In this document: positions 28,804-40,014 of the stretch, piece after piece
How the letters are laid out: every line of letters starts with the position of its first letter
Numbering within the stretch: position 1 is the stretch's first letter
Source of the DNA: Candidatus Spongiihabitans sp.
GTDB lineage: Bacteria; Pseudomonadota; Gammaproteobacteria; Arenicellales; Poriferihabitantaceae
Direction of reading: 5' to 3'
DNA length: 64,000 bases
Assembly (NCBI RefSeq): GCF_965237845.1
Contig: NZ_OZ250154.1
Span: 259,121-323,120 of the forward strand
Made by a program: the position numbers and the translations under genes
Notes under the pieces: model-generated
What the model saw: the letters and a program-made list of their open reading frames with translations, nothing else
Told to the model about the DNA's origin: nothing
Databases searched by the model: none

Positions 28804-31002
28804 CTATCCCCGAGTCAGTTTTATGACTGAAGGCTCGGTATGGAGCTGACGCATGATATCGGCGAGATGTTTGCGGTCGGTGACTTCAATGATGAATAAC
28901 ATCTTGGCGGTATGCCTGAGTTCCTGTTCAACCGTGAGGCGATTGATATTGGAATTGTGCTCGGCAATGATGTTGCTGATAGTGGCAAGAACGCCCGGCT
29001 CGTTTTGCGCCTCAACATCGATAACAACCTGGAATTTTCCTTTTGTGGTTTCCGACCAACTAAGGTGAAAGTAGTTATCCGGTTGACGCATGATAACCTT
29101 GCAATTTTTGCAGTTGGATTGATGGACTACCAAACCTCTGCCGCTGGTGGTCGTGCCGATTATGTTGTCCCCGGGAATGGGATGGCAGCAACTGGCGTAA
29201 GTAATTAGCAAGCGCTCGGTGCCTTCAATGGTCAGAGTAGACTGTTTTTGGTCGTTTGGCACGGGCCGATTCCGATGTTGCGCTTCGGATTCGGCGATCA
29301 ACTGTTTAGCGACTAGAGTGGGTAATCGCTTGCCGAATCCAATGTCGATCAATAAGCGTTCCCAGCCGTCCAGCTCAAGATGTTTAAGCAGGTTGACCTT
29401 GTCCGCGCTCGGGATACGCACTCTGCGATATCCCTGGTCGCTCAATGCGCCACGCAACAGTTTTCTTCCAAGACGCAAGGATTCCCGGTCTTTTTGCCGG
29501 CTGAGGTAATGCCGGATCGATGCACGCGCTTTCGATGTAACCGCGTAGTCGAGCCATTGTGGTATAGGCCGGGCTTTTCGAGAAGTTTTTACTTCGACAT
29601 AATCGCCATTTGATAATTTTTCATGCAAGGGTACGGCGGTCTGGTTGATTAGCGCCCCGATACAATGGTCACCCACGCCAGAATGTACCGAATAAGCGAA
29701 ATCCAGCGCAGTGGCGCCGCGCGGCAATCTTTTTATGTCGCCTTTTGGGGTGAATACATAGACTTCGTCAGGAAACAGGTCGGCTTTCAGGTGTTCAAGA
29801 TAATAGCCCGAATCACTGGACATGTGTTGGGATTCCAAAAAACTATTCAGCCATTGTTGGGCCAGTTGCTGAGGCGCGTGTTCACCCGTGGTTTCGGTTT
29901 TGTAAAACCAGTGGGAGGCCACCCCTTTTTCCGCAGTGCGGTGCATCGATTGGCTGCGTATTTGAATCTCGACAGGTTGGCCAAAGGGCCCAACCACAAC
30001 GGTGTGCAACGATTGATAGCCGTTAATTTTTGGGATGGCGATATAGTCCTTAAAACTTTCCGGTCGGGGTTTATATAGCTGATGAATAACGCCGAGGGCT
30101 TGATAGCAATCCGGGCGTTTTTCCGTGATGATCCTGATGGCGTTAATATCTTTTACTTCTTTGAGCGAGAGCTTCTTTTGTTGCATCTTACGATAGATGT
30201 TAAAAATATTTTTTTCCCGCCCATACACCTCCGTTTTTAAGCCATTTTGCGCCAGTTTATCCTGAATGTTTTTACACGCCTCATTAACCACGGGTTTGCG
30301 GCCGCGTTTTGAAGCCTTGACCTTTTTCGCGATCGCGCTGTAACGTTTCGGGTATAAATTAAGCAGGCTCAAATCTTCGAGTTTTTGACTCAGTTCACGC
30401 ATCCCCAATCGGTTGGCTATGGGCGCATATATTTCCAGGGTCTGCCTGGCGATTCGGCGCTTGCGAACATCGTCCAATGAATCCAGTGTATGCATATTGT
30501 GCAAACGATCAGCGAGCTTGATGATAATTACCCGGATGTCCTGAGCCATAGCCATAAACATTTTACGAAACGACTCGGCTTCGGCATGTTCCTGGAATTC
30601 CAACTGACTGACCTTGCTGACGCCATCAACCAAAACCGCGACATCATCACCGAAGCTTTCGCCGATCTGATCCAGCGTAATGCCGGTATCTTCCACAACA
30701 TCGTGCAGAATCGCGGCGATGATGGTACGACTGTCCATGCACATTTCACCGAGCATCTGCGCCACGGCGATGGGGTGGTAAATATAGTCTTCGCCGCTGA
30801 TGCGTTTTTGCCCCTTATGGGCATCCGCGCCATATAACGTAGCCTTGTAGATGTCGGCGACTGCGGCCTCGTCCAGATAGCTTTCCAGAACCCCGCTCAG
30901 CTCGCTGAACAGGTTTTCATGATCTGGAGCTGCCTTTCCCAGCGCTTCCAGTAGTTCACTCAGGTTTTTCTTCCACCTCTTTGCCAGGGCGATCTTGCTC
31001 AC
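28804..31002 (-). CDS. spoT: Bifunctional (p)ppGpp synthetase/hydrolase
   Basis: 732 aa with an HD hydrolase domain (ILHDVVEDT), a synthetase domain ([10 protein letters not shown]) and TGS/ACT-type C-terminal regions. ATG 31002 overlaps the rpoZ 3' end by 47 nt. Confidence 0.9.
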   Translation of the reverse strand: MSKIALAKRWKKNLSELLEALGKAAPDHENLFSELSGVLESYLDEAAVADIYKATLYGADAHKGQKRISGEDYIYHPIAVAQMLGEMCMDSRTIIAAILHDVVEDTGITLDQIGESFGDDVAVLVDGVSKVSQLEFQEHAEAESFRKMFMAMAQDIRVIIIKLADRLHNMHTLDSLDDVRKRRIARQTLEIYAPIANRLGMRELSQKLEDLSLLNLYPKRYSAIAKKVKASKRGRKPVVNEACKNIQDKLAQNGLKTEVYGREKNIFNIYRKMQQKKLSLKEVKDINAIRIITEKRPDCYQALGVIHQLYKPRPESFKDYIAIPKINGYQSLHTVVVGPFGQPVEIQIRSQSMHRTAEKGVASHWFYKTETTGEHAPQQLAQQWLNSFLESQHMSSDSGYYLEHLKADLFPDEVYVFTPKGDIKRLPRGATALDFAYSVHSGVGDHCIGALINQTAVPLHEKLSNGDYVEVKTSRKARPIPQWLDYAVTSKARASIRHYLSRQKDRESLRLGRKLLRGALSDQGYRRVRIPSADKVNLLKHLELDGWERLLIDIGFGKRLPTLVAKQLIAESEAQHRNRPVPNDQKQSTLTIEGTERLLITYASCCHPIPGDNIIGTTTSGRGLVVHQSNCKNCKVIMRQPDNYFHLSWSETTKGKFQVVIDVEAQNEPGVLATISNIIAEHNSNINRLTVEQELRHTAKMLFIIEVTDRKHLADIMRQLHTEPSVIKLTRG

Positions 31003-31306
31003 TTTCAGTGTCCTCCAGCATGGCCTGTCTGATCGCTTCCTCTACCTCATCATCGTTCATTTCGATCATTTCATCGTGGTCACCAAAGTTAAGACCGGGC
31101 AGAGTGACTTCTTGGTCGAGAATGGAAGGGCCGATTAACCCCTCGGCTATTTCGCGCAGGGCAATCACGGTGGGCTTATCCTTTTCGACTTCGACAAGGG
31201 GCTCTGCCCCCAAGGTAAGTTGCCGCGCCCGTTTAGCTGCAACCAAAACCAATTCAAATCGATTGTCCACGTGCTGCAAACAATCGGTAACTGTTATACG
31301 TGCCAT
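30956..31306 (-). CDS. rpoZ: RNA polymerase omega subunit with long acidic tail
   Basis: The N-terminus is [30 protein letters not shown]. It sits in the conserved gmk-rpoZ-spoT order. Confidence 0.9.
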   Translation of the reverse strand: MARITVTDCLQHVDNRFELVLVAAKRARQLTLGAEPLVEVEKDKPTVIALREIAEGLIGPSILDQEVTLPGLNFGDHDEMIEMNDDEVEEAIRQAMLEDTESEQDRPGKEVEEKPE

Positions 31307-31345
31307 TTGTTTAATCTACCCTTAATATAAAATGTGAATGTTCGT

Positions 31346-31924
31346 TTATTCGGCTGTTTCAATAGCGGATTTAAGGCCATTCACGATAGATTCAAGTTCA
31401 GCCAAAGCGCTGTCAAAATGATCATTGATGATAATAGCGTCAAATTCGTCTTTATGGCTCATTTCATTATTCGCTTCCTTCATCCGCCGGGCGATGACTT
31501 GGTCGCTATCTTGCTTGCGCCGTTGCAAGCGTTGTTCAAGCACTTCCGTTGACGGCGGTATCACAAAAACCGAGATGGCAGCCGGATACTTTTTTCGAAC
31601 ATTTTTAGCCCCTTGCCAGTCAATGTCCAGAATAGCATGCTTGCCATTTAAAATCAGTTTTTCTATGGACTCAATGGAGGTCCCGTAGTAGTTATCGAAA
31701 ACCGTCGCGTACTCAATAAATTGACCCTCAGCAATCATTGTCTTGAACGTTGGTTTGTCAACGAAATAGTAGTGCACTCCATTTTCTTCCCCCGGGCGTT
31801 GCCCACGAGTGGTATGGGAGACGGTAATTGAAACATCATCTCGCGACCCAGCCAAGGCCCGGGCCAAGCTGGTTTTGCCGCCGCCGGAGGGCGCGGAAAG
31901 AATCAATATTCCTGATGATGACAT
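31346..31924 (-). CDS. gmk: Guanylate kinase
   Basis: It has the P-loop SAPSGGGKTS. The start is chosen at MSSSGILIL; the ORF also extends 16 codons upstream to 31972. Confidence 0.9.
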   Translation of the reverse strand: MSSSGILILSAPSGGGKTSLARALAGSRDDVSITVSHTTRGQRPGEENGVHYYFVDKPTFKTMIAEGQFIEYATVFDNYYGTSIESIEKLILNGKHAILDIDWQGAKNVRKKYPAAISVFVIPPSTEVLEQRLQRRKQDSDQVIARRMKEANNEMSHKDEFDAIIINDHFDSALAELESIVNGLKSAIETAE

Positions 31925-31964
31925 GGTCTGTTTACGGTCGTAGCTGTCATTGTCAGCGCAGTCT

Positions 31965-32855
31965 TTACTCAAGATTCTGCACTTGTTCGCGCATCTGATC
32001 TATCAAGACCTTTAACTCGATTGCGGCATTGGTCACTTGCTGATCCACCGACTTCGCTCCCAGGGTGTTGGCTTCACGATTTAGTTCCTGCATCAAAAAG
32101 TCTAAATTACGCCCGGCTGGTTTGCCCGCTTGCAAATGGTGTTCGACCTCGGTCAAATGCATCTGCAATCGGTCCAACTCTTCACTGACATCGGTTTTAG
32201 TGAGCAAAATCGTGATTTCCTGGGCCATGCGCCCCTGATCGATTACTTGATCGATATTTTGATCCATATGATGCGTAAACGCTTCAATGCGCCGCTGCCA
32301 CTTGTCCTGAATTTTTTGTTGAATCTGGTCAATATTGCCCATTAATTGTGCGACTATTTTTCTACATTGAACGACGCGTTTCTCAATCATGTTCGCCAAA
32401 CGCCCTCCTTCCCGTCGGCGATTTTCAACCAATTGAGAAATGCAATTTTGCAGCGCAGTCAGGGTATGCTTATTCAGGCGTTGTCTATCGATCTGATTTT
32501 CTGAAATTACCCCCGGCCAACGCAGAATATCGGTGGTTTTTGCTGGCTGAAGATTGGAGTTGGCTCGCTCAATTTGCTCCAGCAGGTTCACCAATGCTTT
32601 AACGGACTGAAAATCTATGGTGGTTTGGGGGCTCAGGGCGTTGGATTGTTCAATCTTAAAATGAGCATCAATCCTGCCGCGTTTTAATCCTTCCGTAATC
32701 TGTTTCCGGCATGACGTGTCCAGGGCGCGCAACTGCTCCGGCAACTTTAGAATGATATCCAAATAACGATGATTAACACTTCGGATTTCCCAGATCAACT
32801 GGTTTCCTTCCAGTTCCGTTTCAAGCCTGGCGAATGCGGTCATACTTGTGGTCAT
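31965..32855 (-). CDS. yicC: YicC-family stress-induced protein
   Basis: The N-terminus MTTSMTAFAR matches the YicC consensus start (SMTGFAR). The C-terminal domain is helical. Confidence 0.8.
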   Translation of the reverse strand: MTTSMTAFARLETELEGNQLIWEIRSVNHRYLDIILKLPEQLRALDTSCRKQITEGLKRGRIDAHFKIEQSNALSPQTTIDFQSVKALVNLLEQIERANSNLQPAKTTDILRWPGVISENQIDRQRLNKHTLTALQNCISQLVENRRREGGRLANMIEKRVVQCRKIVAQLMGNIDQIQQKIQDKWQRRIEAFTHHMDQNIDQVIDQGRMAQEITILLTKTDVSEELDRLQMHLTEVEHHLQAGKPAGRNLDFLMQELNREANTLGAKSVDQQVTNAAIELKVLIDQMREQVQNLE

Positions 32856-33063
32856 CAGCGATATTCCGGAGATCTTGAGGTGACAAATAACGGGCAATAA
32901 CCCCTCAACCGCTTGGATTCTGCGATAAATTTGGGTGTATCGATTGTATTCAGTTGAGATTGCCGCTGCAATTGTTATTCGGGGAAAACGGTCTTAACTT
33001 GCTGGGAAAGGTGCTGGAAAAGGTTGAAAAATTCCCATTTTACCGAATACTTGAGCATAACAG

Positions 33064-33939
33064 TTATTTCATGTCAGTTTGTTCCAGATCAATCTGCGGA
33101 TCCACAAAAGTCAAGGAACAATAATCGAATCCATGCTCAATGGTAGGCTTGATTATTTTGAAAAAGGGTGAAACATCAAAGTCCCGCGGCGTGAACAAAC
33201 TGTGGTGGCGAATATGGTAAATTTCCTTGACGCTGTAATGATAAGAGGAAACTTCTGTTCTCTTTTCGATCAGCGGCAGAATGGGATAGTGGATGGAGTG
33301 AAAGGATTCGGCGATTAAACTTGAGCATATTGCTCTTGATGGGTCGCCACTGCCGAGGGCGATCATCTGTCGCCGGAATCTTACCGGGACTGGCGGGGTA
33401 GCGTAAAGATACCGTAACAGATCAAAAATATGCTTAAGGTCATATTGCAAACCCAAACTCCTTACCATAAATTGCACGGCTTTTTCGCGGTCGTCGTCTG
33501 ATAATCCGACCGGGCGGCAAATACGGATATTGAAATTTCGGTACTTTGACAATGGAGACGCGATGACCCCTTCATCTAACAACGCCTCGATCAATGGCGA
33601 CGCTTCCCCTGATTCGGTGAATCCATTGGTTGCAGACCCGGCATAGAAGGCGGCGTGCGACCAGGTGGATTGTGTCAGGTATTTTATGGGGGTGCTGATT
33701 CTGGTGTTGCCGTCCACAAGCAGGATATCTCCGGGCTGCATGACTTTTTCCAGCAACGGAATTTCATAAGTGGAAAAAGGCAGGTAGTTTGGAATGGGCT
33801 GGCTCAAATAGTGCGCCAGCCATTTTCCGAGCTTGAATCTCAACGAGCTGGACAGGGTCAATGCCACAACTGCCGCCACGATAACGATAATGACCGCCAC
33901 AATGAGAGCGACCAATATTTTGACAACCAGAAAAGCCAT
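33064..33939 (-). CDS. Membrane-anchored YiiX/permuted-papain-like hydrolase (tentative)
   Basis: 291 aa with an N-terminal TM helix and GDILLVDG...STWSHAAFYAG, reminiscent of the YiiX/NlpC-P60-like family. Confidence 0.45.
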   Translation of the reverse strand: MAFLVVKILVALIVAVIIVIVAAVVALTLSSSLRFKLGKWLAHYLSQPIPNYLPFSTYEIPLLEKVMQPGDILLVDGNTRISTPIKYLTQSTWSHAAFYAGSATNGFTESGEASPLIEALLDEGVIASPLSKYRNFNIRICRPVGLSDDDREKAVQFMVRSLGLQYDLKHIFDLLRYLYATPPVPVRFRRQMIALGSGDPSRAICSSLIAESFHSIHYPILPLIEKRTEVSSYHYSVKEIYHIRHHSLFTPRDFDVSPFFKIIKPTIEHGFDYCSLTFVDPQIDLEQTDMK

Positions 33940-34037
33940 GACCTGAAAATGATGGGTTATTGGGTGGCTGAGGCGATTCGGTTTAACCGGCGAATACCCG
34001 GCAACAGTATCGGTAAGTTAGTTGGCATGACAATCAA

Positions 34038-35207
34038 TTATGCTGCGGTGTTATAGGGCGAATGCGCGCTTACCGCGTCGATATAGCGTTGCACCCCGGA
34101 TTGTTCACGTTCAACAAATTGCGCTATCGCCTGGTTAAACGGGCTTTGCGCCATCCAATGCAATGACTGCGTCCGCGTGGGCGCAAATCCCCGGGCAATT
34201 TTGTGTTCCCCTTGTGCGCCAGGATCAAAACGCTGTAAGCCTTTTTCAATACAAAGCTCGATACCCTGATAATAGCAGACCTCAAAGTGCAGGCTGTCTA
34301 TATAATGCTCAGATCCCCAATGCCGTCCATAAAGGGTGGTGTCGTCGCAGTACATCAGCGCCGCGGCCAGGCAATTTTGATTCCGCCGATGTTGATCACG
34401 CGATGCCAGCACCAGTTGAATTTGATTGGGCATGGATTGGGCAATATCCATAAAAAAGGCCTGATTGAAAGCTGGCATGCCGTATTTTCGATCATACATT
34501 TTTTGATACAAAGCGGTAAAATCATACCAGTCGTCCGCGCTGGCCATATGTCCATCCAGTCTGCGAATTTTTACCCCGGCTTCGGCAACCTTGCGCCGTT
34601 CCTGTTTAATGTTTTTGCGTTTTTTGGATTTTAGCCTGCCTAAAAAATCCTCGAAGCAAGTGTAGCCTTGGTTGTGCCAGTGAAACTGGCAGTCGTTTCT
34701 TGAAATCGCATGCTGCTGATTTAAAATTGCGAAGTCTTTGGTCGCAGGGAAAAGACTGTGCAGTCCGCTATAGTTGCCTTCATTTACCAACGCATTGGCT
34801 GCCGCCACCAACAAACGCGCCGTTTCCTTGTCATTTTCACTGTTTAACAATATCCGTTGACCGCTGGCAGGCGTAAACGGAATGGCATTGACCAGTTTCG
34901 GGTAGTATTCGACGCCATAGCGTTGATAGGCATCTGCCCAGGCATGATCAAAAACGAATTCCCCCCATGAATTGTGTTTTTCATAGAGCGGCATGGCGCC
35001 CATTATTTGATTATTTTTCGAATAGACCAGGTGCCGGGGAATCCACCCCACATGCGCCCCGACACAACTAAATTTTTCCAACGCGCAAAGAAAAGCATGT
35101 TGCAGAAACGGGTAGTTTCCGCCGATCAACGCATTCCACTCGGCAACAGGGATGGCGTCCATGCTCGAATGGACCTCAATATTCACGGGGTTTGGGTCGG
35201 CGCGCAT
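34038..35207 (-). CDS. GNAT/FemAB-like protein (DUF482 family)
   Basis: 389 aa. The N-terminal W..L......PFLQHAFL.ALE.S..VG pattern is typical of this family as I recall it. Confidence 0.55.
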   Translation of the reverse strand: MRADPNPVNIEVHSSMDAIPVAEWNALIGGNYPFLQHAFLCALEKFSCVGAHVGWIPRHLVYSKNNQIMGAMPLYEKHNSWGEFVFDHAWADAYQRYGVEYYPKLVNAIPFTPASGQRILLNSENDKETARLLVAAANALVNEGNYSGLHSLFPATKDFAILNQQHAISRNDCQFHWHNQGYTCFEDFLGRLKSKKRKNIKQERRKVAEAGVKIRRLDGHMASADDWYDFTALYQKMYDRKYGMPAFNQAFFMDIAQSMPNQIQLVLASRDQHRRNQNCLAAALMYCDDTTLYGRHWGSEHYIDSLHFEVCYYQGIELCIEKGLQRFDPGAQGEHKIARGFAPTRTQSLHWMAQSPFNQAIAQFVEREQSGVQRYIDAVSAHSPYNTAA

Positions 35208-35410
35208 ACAAAGGATATTATACTCGGCCCGGATAGTGCATAAAGCCGAAACGATTCTTATATGACAGCGGTCTGCCCGCTGTGCGCCAATGAGATCACA
35301 GACGGGCGAGACTAAATTGGAGTATCATATTGCCAGACACAATGCAACAAGCTCATGCAACAGGTCCGAATGATCACGAGACTACGAACAATAATAGAAA
35401 ATCAAGGTAT

Positions 35411-36856
35411 ATGAAACCATTAAACCGGCCTGGCTTGTTCAAGATTGCCGCATTACTGGCCATGCTTGCGGTTGCCGCCGGCTGCGCCACCAATCCGGTG
35501 TCCGGAAGATCAGATTTCGTGTTGATGTCAGAACAACGGGAGATTGCCTTAGGGGCTCAAAATCACCAGCAAATACTGAAGCAGTACAAGGTATATGAAC
35601 ATCCACAATTGCAACAATACGTCAATGAAGTGGGGCAAAAATTGGCGCAACAAAGCCATCGCAACCATCTGGAATTCCGCTTTACCTTGCTGGACTCTCC
35701 TGAAGTCAATGCCTTTGCCCTGCCTGGGGGTTATATTTATATCACTCGGGGCATCATGGCATACATGAATAACGAAGAACAATTGGCCGGGGTGCTCGGC
35801 CACGAAATTGGTCACGTGACCGCGCGTCATGGTGTGCGCCAACAGAGCGCCCAAGTTGCAGCAGGGATTATCGGGTTAATCGCAACCATTGCTAGCGGAG
35901 ACAAACAAGTGGCAGAAGCCTCTAATCAGCTTGGCGATGTGCTGATTAGCGGGTACGGACGTAATCACGAACTGGAAGCAGACCGATTAGGCGCAGAGTA
36001 TTTAGCTCGCACCGACTACGATCCCGAAAAAATGTTGGGGGTGGTGGGCATTCTTAAAAATCAGGAAGAGTTCGAATTGCAACGCGCCCGGGAAGAAGGC
36101 CGAGAGCCTAGGGTTTACCACGGCGTGTTCTCAACCCATCCGCGAAATGATCGGCGTTTACAGGAGGTGATTCGTGCGGCTGATAAGTTTAAAAATCCCG
36201 ATGCCAGAGCAACCGATCCGGAAAATTTCCTGCGCTTGATGAATGAGGTTGCTTTTGGCGAAAGTGAAGAGCAGGGAATCATACGAGAAAACAAGTTTTA
36301 CCACAAAGCCATGGATTTTGTGGTTGCCTTTCCGCAAGACTGGCGTATTGAAAACCAACCCAATCAACTGGTGGCGATTAGAGCGGATGGTGCTGCGGCA
36401 ATGATTGTGAATACCGCTCAGTTAGAGGGTGGCGAATCCACTGCACAATTTCTCAACCGAAAATTCAGCAATTTACAAAAAGGTCAATCTGTTGACGGCG
36501 GTGGATACACTGGCATCGCTACGGGTAAACACCCCCTCGGCGATGGCCCTTATCGTGTTGTTACTGTGCCGCACCAAGGATATGTTTTTGTCGTTGCCGG
36601 GTTCGCCAAATCCCAACGCCCTGACCAACTGTTCGTTGATACTGCAACATCCATACGAAAACTGAAAAATAGTGAACACACGCTTGCTCAGGCGCAAAAA
36701 ATTAGATTGCTCCGGGCAAAATCGGGGGACACCTTTGCCCTGCTCGCCAAGCAAACCGATTTGGGCAGGTTTGCCGAAGAAAGGTTAAGGCTGCTGAACG
36801 GGTTGTATCCCGACGGCGAACCAGCCAACGGGCAATTGATAAAAATAATTCAATAG
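35411..36856 (+). CDS. M48-family zinc metalloprotease lipoprotein
   Basis: It has the HExxH site GHEIGHVTARH and a signal/lipobox sequence LAVAAGC. The start is set at MKPLNRPG; the ORF-track TTG at 35330 adds 27 residues. Confidence 0.8.
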   Translation: MKPLNRPGLFKIAALLAMLAVAAGCATNPVSGRSDFVLMSEQREIALGAQNHQQILKQYKVYEHPQLQQYVNEVGQKLAQQSHRNHLEFRFTLLDSPEVNAFALPGGYIYITRGIMAYMNNEEQLAGVLGHEIGHVTARHGVRQQSAQVAAGIIGLIATIASGDKQVAEASNQLGDVLISGYGRNHELEADRLGAEYLARTDYDPEKMLGVVGILKNQEEFELQRAREEGREPRVYHGVFSTHPRNDRRLQEVIRAADKFKNPDARATDPENFLRLMNEVAFGESEEQGIIRENKFYHKAMDFVVAFPQDWRIENQPNQLVAIRADGAAAMIVNTAQLEGGESTAQFLNRKFSNLQKGQSVDGGGYTGIATGKHPLGDGPYRVVTVPHQGYVFVVAGFAKSQRPDQLFVDTATSIRKLKNSEHTLAQAQKIRLLRAKSGDTFALLAKQTDLGRFAEERLRLLNGLYPDGEPANGQLIKIIQ

Positions 36857-36884
36857 CGAAATTCGGCTGATATTTTTTGTCCGG

Positions 36885-39842
36885 GTGAACAGTTTGAAAA
36901 CCATGGTCTGTGCCCCAATACCGAGTGCCCTTGCAGACGCCGTAGAAAATTACTGGCTTCGGTTTGTCGACGCAATTGTCACATTGTCTGAGGTTGGACA
37001 ATCATCTGATTTACTTGAGTTGTGTTCGTCTCGCCCCGAACTTGGCGCGGTGTGGGCGGCAAGCGACTTTGTGGCCAAGACCTGTATCGGCGCACCGCTG
37101 CTTTTATACGACCTTATTAACAGCGGTGACCTGGACCGGCTCTATGCGCCCGGCGAATTGACTTGCAGAATCAAAGAGGCCCTTGGCGGCTGCGAAGACG
37201 AAGCTGCCTTGCATACTCAGTTAAGGCAAATCCGACAAAGAGAAATGGTGCGAATGGCTTGGCGCGATCTTTGTGGCGTGGCCGATCTTGAAGAAACCAT
37301 GCAGTGTGTTTCGGAACTTGCGGAGAGCTGCATCGGCCAGGCATTGCTCCACCACAACAATTGGTTGTCCCGGCGTTATGGTCAACCGCGGAATAAAAAT
37401 GGCGATATGGCTAATTTGATCGTTCTGGGATTAGGAAAGTTGGGGGGTCGCGAGCTTAATTATTCATCCGATGTCGATTTGATTTTTGCCTACGATAGCC
37501 CCGGCCAAACTGCCCCTGTTGACAACCGCCATGACAAAACCACTGGTATAGACAAGCCGGGTATAGACAACCAGGAATTCTTTATCAAGTTGGGCAGAAA
37601 AATCGTATCGGCACTGGATACTGTGACCCAGTATGGATTTGTCTTTCGCACCGACATGCGGCTGCGTCCGAACGGAGACAGCGGCCCATTGGTGTTATCG
37701 TTTCCGGCAATGGAACACTATTACCAAACCCACGGTAGAAATTGGGAACGCTATGCATTGATAAAGGCCCGGGTGGTGGCGGGCGATAAAGACTCGGGCG
37801 CCGAATTGTTGGCTTTGTTAAAACCGTTTATCTACCGAAAATACCTGGACTTTGGCGCCTTTGACGCCATCCGTGAAATGAAAAGCATGATCGAACGGGC
37901 GTTAAAGCATACCGGGGTGAATCAAAATATCAAACTGGGCTGGGGCGGGATTCGAGAAATAGAGTTTCTCGTGCAAAGCCACCAGCTCATTCGCGGTGGC
38001 CGGGAAAAGAATTTACAAACCCAATCATTATATCAAGCACTATCCAGCTTGGTAGAACTAGGCGTTATTGATGACGGGGTGCTGCAACAATTATTAAACG
38101 GCTATCGGTTTTTACGCAATACCGAACACCGATTGCAAATGGTGGCGGATCGCCAAACCCAACAACTGCCCCAATCGGAAATTGAGCAGCAGCGACTGGC
38201 CTGGAGCATGGGATGTGAAAACTGGTCTGCATATGTTGAAAAACTGTATCAACATCGAACCTATATTCATAGTCAATTTAAAATGATATTGGGTGCAGAT
38301 GCCCAACAAACCAACCCACCCGATGCAACAATGGTTCAGCTAGCCGATGTGTGGGCACAGACATTGCAACAACAAGAAGCGGTGAAATTGTTACGCACCG
38401 CAGGATTCGCTCAGGCCTCGTCCACCATACAGCTATTGCGAGGGTTTCGGGAAGGACGGCTCTATCAGGCATTTTCCGGCATTGAGAGGGACCGAATTGA
38501 TCGATTGATGCCGCTCGCGCTACAGCAAGCCGCGCAACACGCCGCGGCAGAGCGTGCGATGGCGGCATTTGTTTCGGTTGTTGAAGCCATCGGTCGGCGC
38601 TCGGTTTATCTCAGTTTGCTGATTGAAAACCCCATCGCTCTGAAACAACTGCTTCATCTGTGTGCCGCCAGTCCCTGGATTTCTTCGCATATTGGCAAAC
38701 ACCCGGTAATACTGGACGAGTTGCTCAGTCCATTAGCGGGGTCATTAGCGGAGCCATTAGAGCGTCCATTGGTAGATATCCGTAACCGCAGCGATCAAGC
38801 GTTATACGCCGAACTGAATCACCGTTTGGCGCAAGTAGATTTGAATGATCAGGAAAGACGGGTGGATACACTGCGGGAATATCAGCAGGCCCGGATATTA
38901 CGTATTGCCGCAGCCGATGTTTCGAGGGTGCTTCAGGTGGACGATGTTCATCACGCGCTCACGCAACTCGCCGAAGTGTTGCTGCAAACTGTGTTCCGTG
39001 ATGCGGTGAAGTTCGTGGAGAAAAAATTCGGCGTGAAGAAATTCGTGACGCCCGACAGTGTCGGCGGCATTGCCTATGGCAAATTAGCCAGTGGTGAACT
39101 CGGTTACAATTCTGATTTAGACGTAGTGGTATGTTATGAAAAAGCTGACGGAGGCCCATCCACCGACCACAGTGAAGCCGAGCATTTTTATAGTCGGGTG
39201 GGCCGACGGTTCATCCATTTGCTGACCACACGCACCCAGGCGGGAATCTTATATCAACTCGACATGCGACTGCGGCCCAGTGGGCGCAGCGGTATATTGG
39301 TAACTTCTCTTTCGGGATTTTTCGATTACCAGTTTAATAATGCCTGGACTTGGGAGCATCAGGCTCTGGTCAGATCACGGGTGATGGTAGGAAATGCTGA
39401 GTTTCAAAGAAAATTTGAAGTGGCCAGAAAAGCAATACTGTGCTTGAAACGTGAAAGCCGGCAATTGACGGATGACGTGATCAGCATGCGCCGAAAGATG
39501 ATTGACGTGAATTGTCGGTCAACTGACCGGGTCTATGATATTAAGCTTGATGAAGGCGGTATTGTCGATATCGAGTTCTTGATCCAGTATTGGATTTTGC
39601 GCCATGCCAATGAGCATGTAGCGTTGACGATTCCACGCACCACTGCCGATTGCATAGATGCTTTAATCGAGCATTCAATAATCGATGCAAATACTGGCAG
39701 GCAACTGTTAAATTGTTATGCAACCTACCTTCGCCATTCTCTTGATTTAAAGCTAATGGAGCGACCCGTATTGGTCGAACAAGGCGCGTTATTGGCTGAA
39801 CGGGGTGCGATTAAAGCAATCTGGAACAAGACTTTTGGTTGA
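36885..39842 (+). CDS. glnE: Bifunctional glutamine synthetase adenylyltransferase/adenylyl-removing enzyme
   Basis: 985 aa with two nucleotidyltransferase domains (GKLGGRELNYSSDVDLIF and GKLASGELGYNSDLDVVV). Confidence 0.9.
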   Translation: MNSLKTMVCAPIPSALADAVENYWLRFVDAIVTLSEVGQSSDLLELCSSRPELGAVWAASDFVAKTCIGAPLLLYDLINSGDLDRLYAPGELTCRIKEALGGCEDEAALHTQLRQIRQREMVRMAWRDLCGVADLEETMQCVSELAESCIGQALLHHNNWLSRRYGQPRNKNGDMANLIVLGLGKLGGRELNYSSDVDLIFAYDSPGQTAPVDNRHDKTTGIDKPGIDNQEFFIKLGRKIVSALDTVTQYGFVFRTDMRLRPNGDSGPLVLSFPAMEHYYQTHGRNWERYALIKARVVAGDKDSGAELLALLKPFIYRKYLDFGAFDAIREMKSMIERALKHTGVNQNIKLGWGGIREIEFLVQSHQLIRGGREKNLQTQSLYQALSSLVELGVIDDGVLQQLLNGYRFLRNTEHRLQMVADRQTQQLPQSEIEQQRLAWSMGCENWSAYVEKLYQHRTYIHSQFKMILGADAQQTNPPDATMVQLADVWAQTLQQQEAVKLLRTAGFAQASSTIQLLRGFREGRLYQAFSGIERDRIDRLMPLALQQAAQHAAAERAMAAFVSVVEAIGRRSVYLSLLIENPIALKQLLHLCAASPWISSHIGKHPVILDELLSPLAGSLAEPLERPLVDIRNRSDQALYAELNHRLAQVDLNDQERRVDTLREYQQARILRIAAADVSRVLQVDDVHHALTQLAEVLLQTVFRDAVKFVEKKFGVKKFVTPDSVGGIAYGKLASGELGYNSDLDVVVCYEKADGGPSTDHSEAEHFYSRVGRRFIHLLTTRTQAGILYQLDMRLRPSGRSGILVTSLSGFFDYQFNNAWTWEHQALVRSRVMVGNAEFQRKFEVARKAILCLKRESRQLTDDVISMRRKMIDVNCRSTDRVYDIKLDEGGIVDIEFLIQYWILRHANEHVALTIPRTTADCIDALIEHSIIDANTGRQLLNCYATYLRHSLDLKLMERPVLVEQGALLAERGAIKAIWNKTFG
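38729..38776 (+). repeat. Degenerate 12-nt tandem repeat x4 inside glnE (SPLA GSLA EPLE RPLV)
   Basis: Read directly: tccattagcggg / gtcattagcgga / gccattagagcg / tccattggtaga. Confidence 0.8.
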
Positions 39843-40014
39843 CAATGGATCGAATGTGATTTATTTAGTATTTTTAACAGCCCGGTCGATGGCCGCTTCT
39901 ATGGGACGGGCAAAATCTATTACACCCAAGAACAATTTGACCAAATATAATCAGGTTACGTAAAATCAGGCCAGGCAAAATCAGGCAATCGTTAAATTTG
40001 TGGAGATAATCAAA

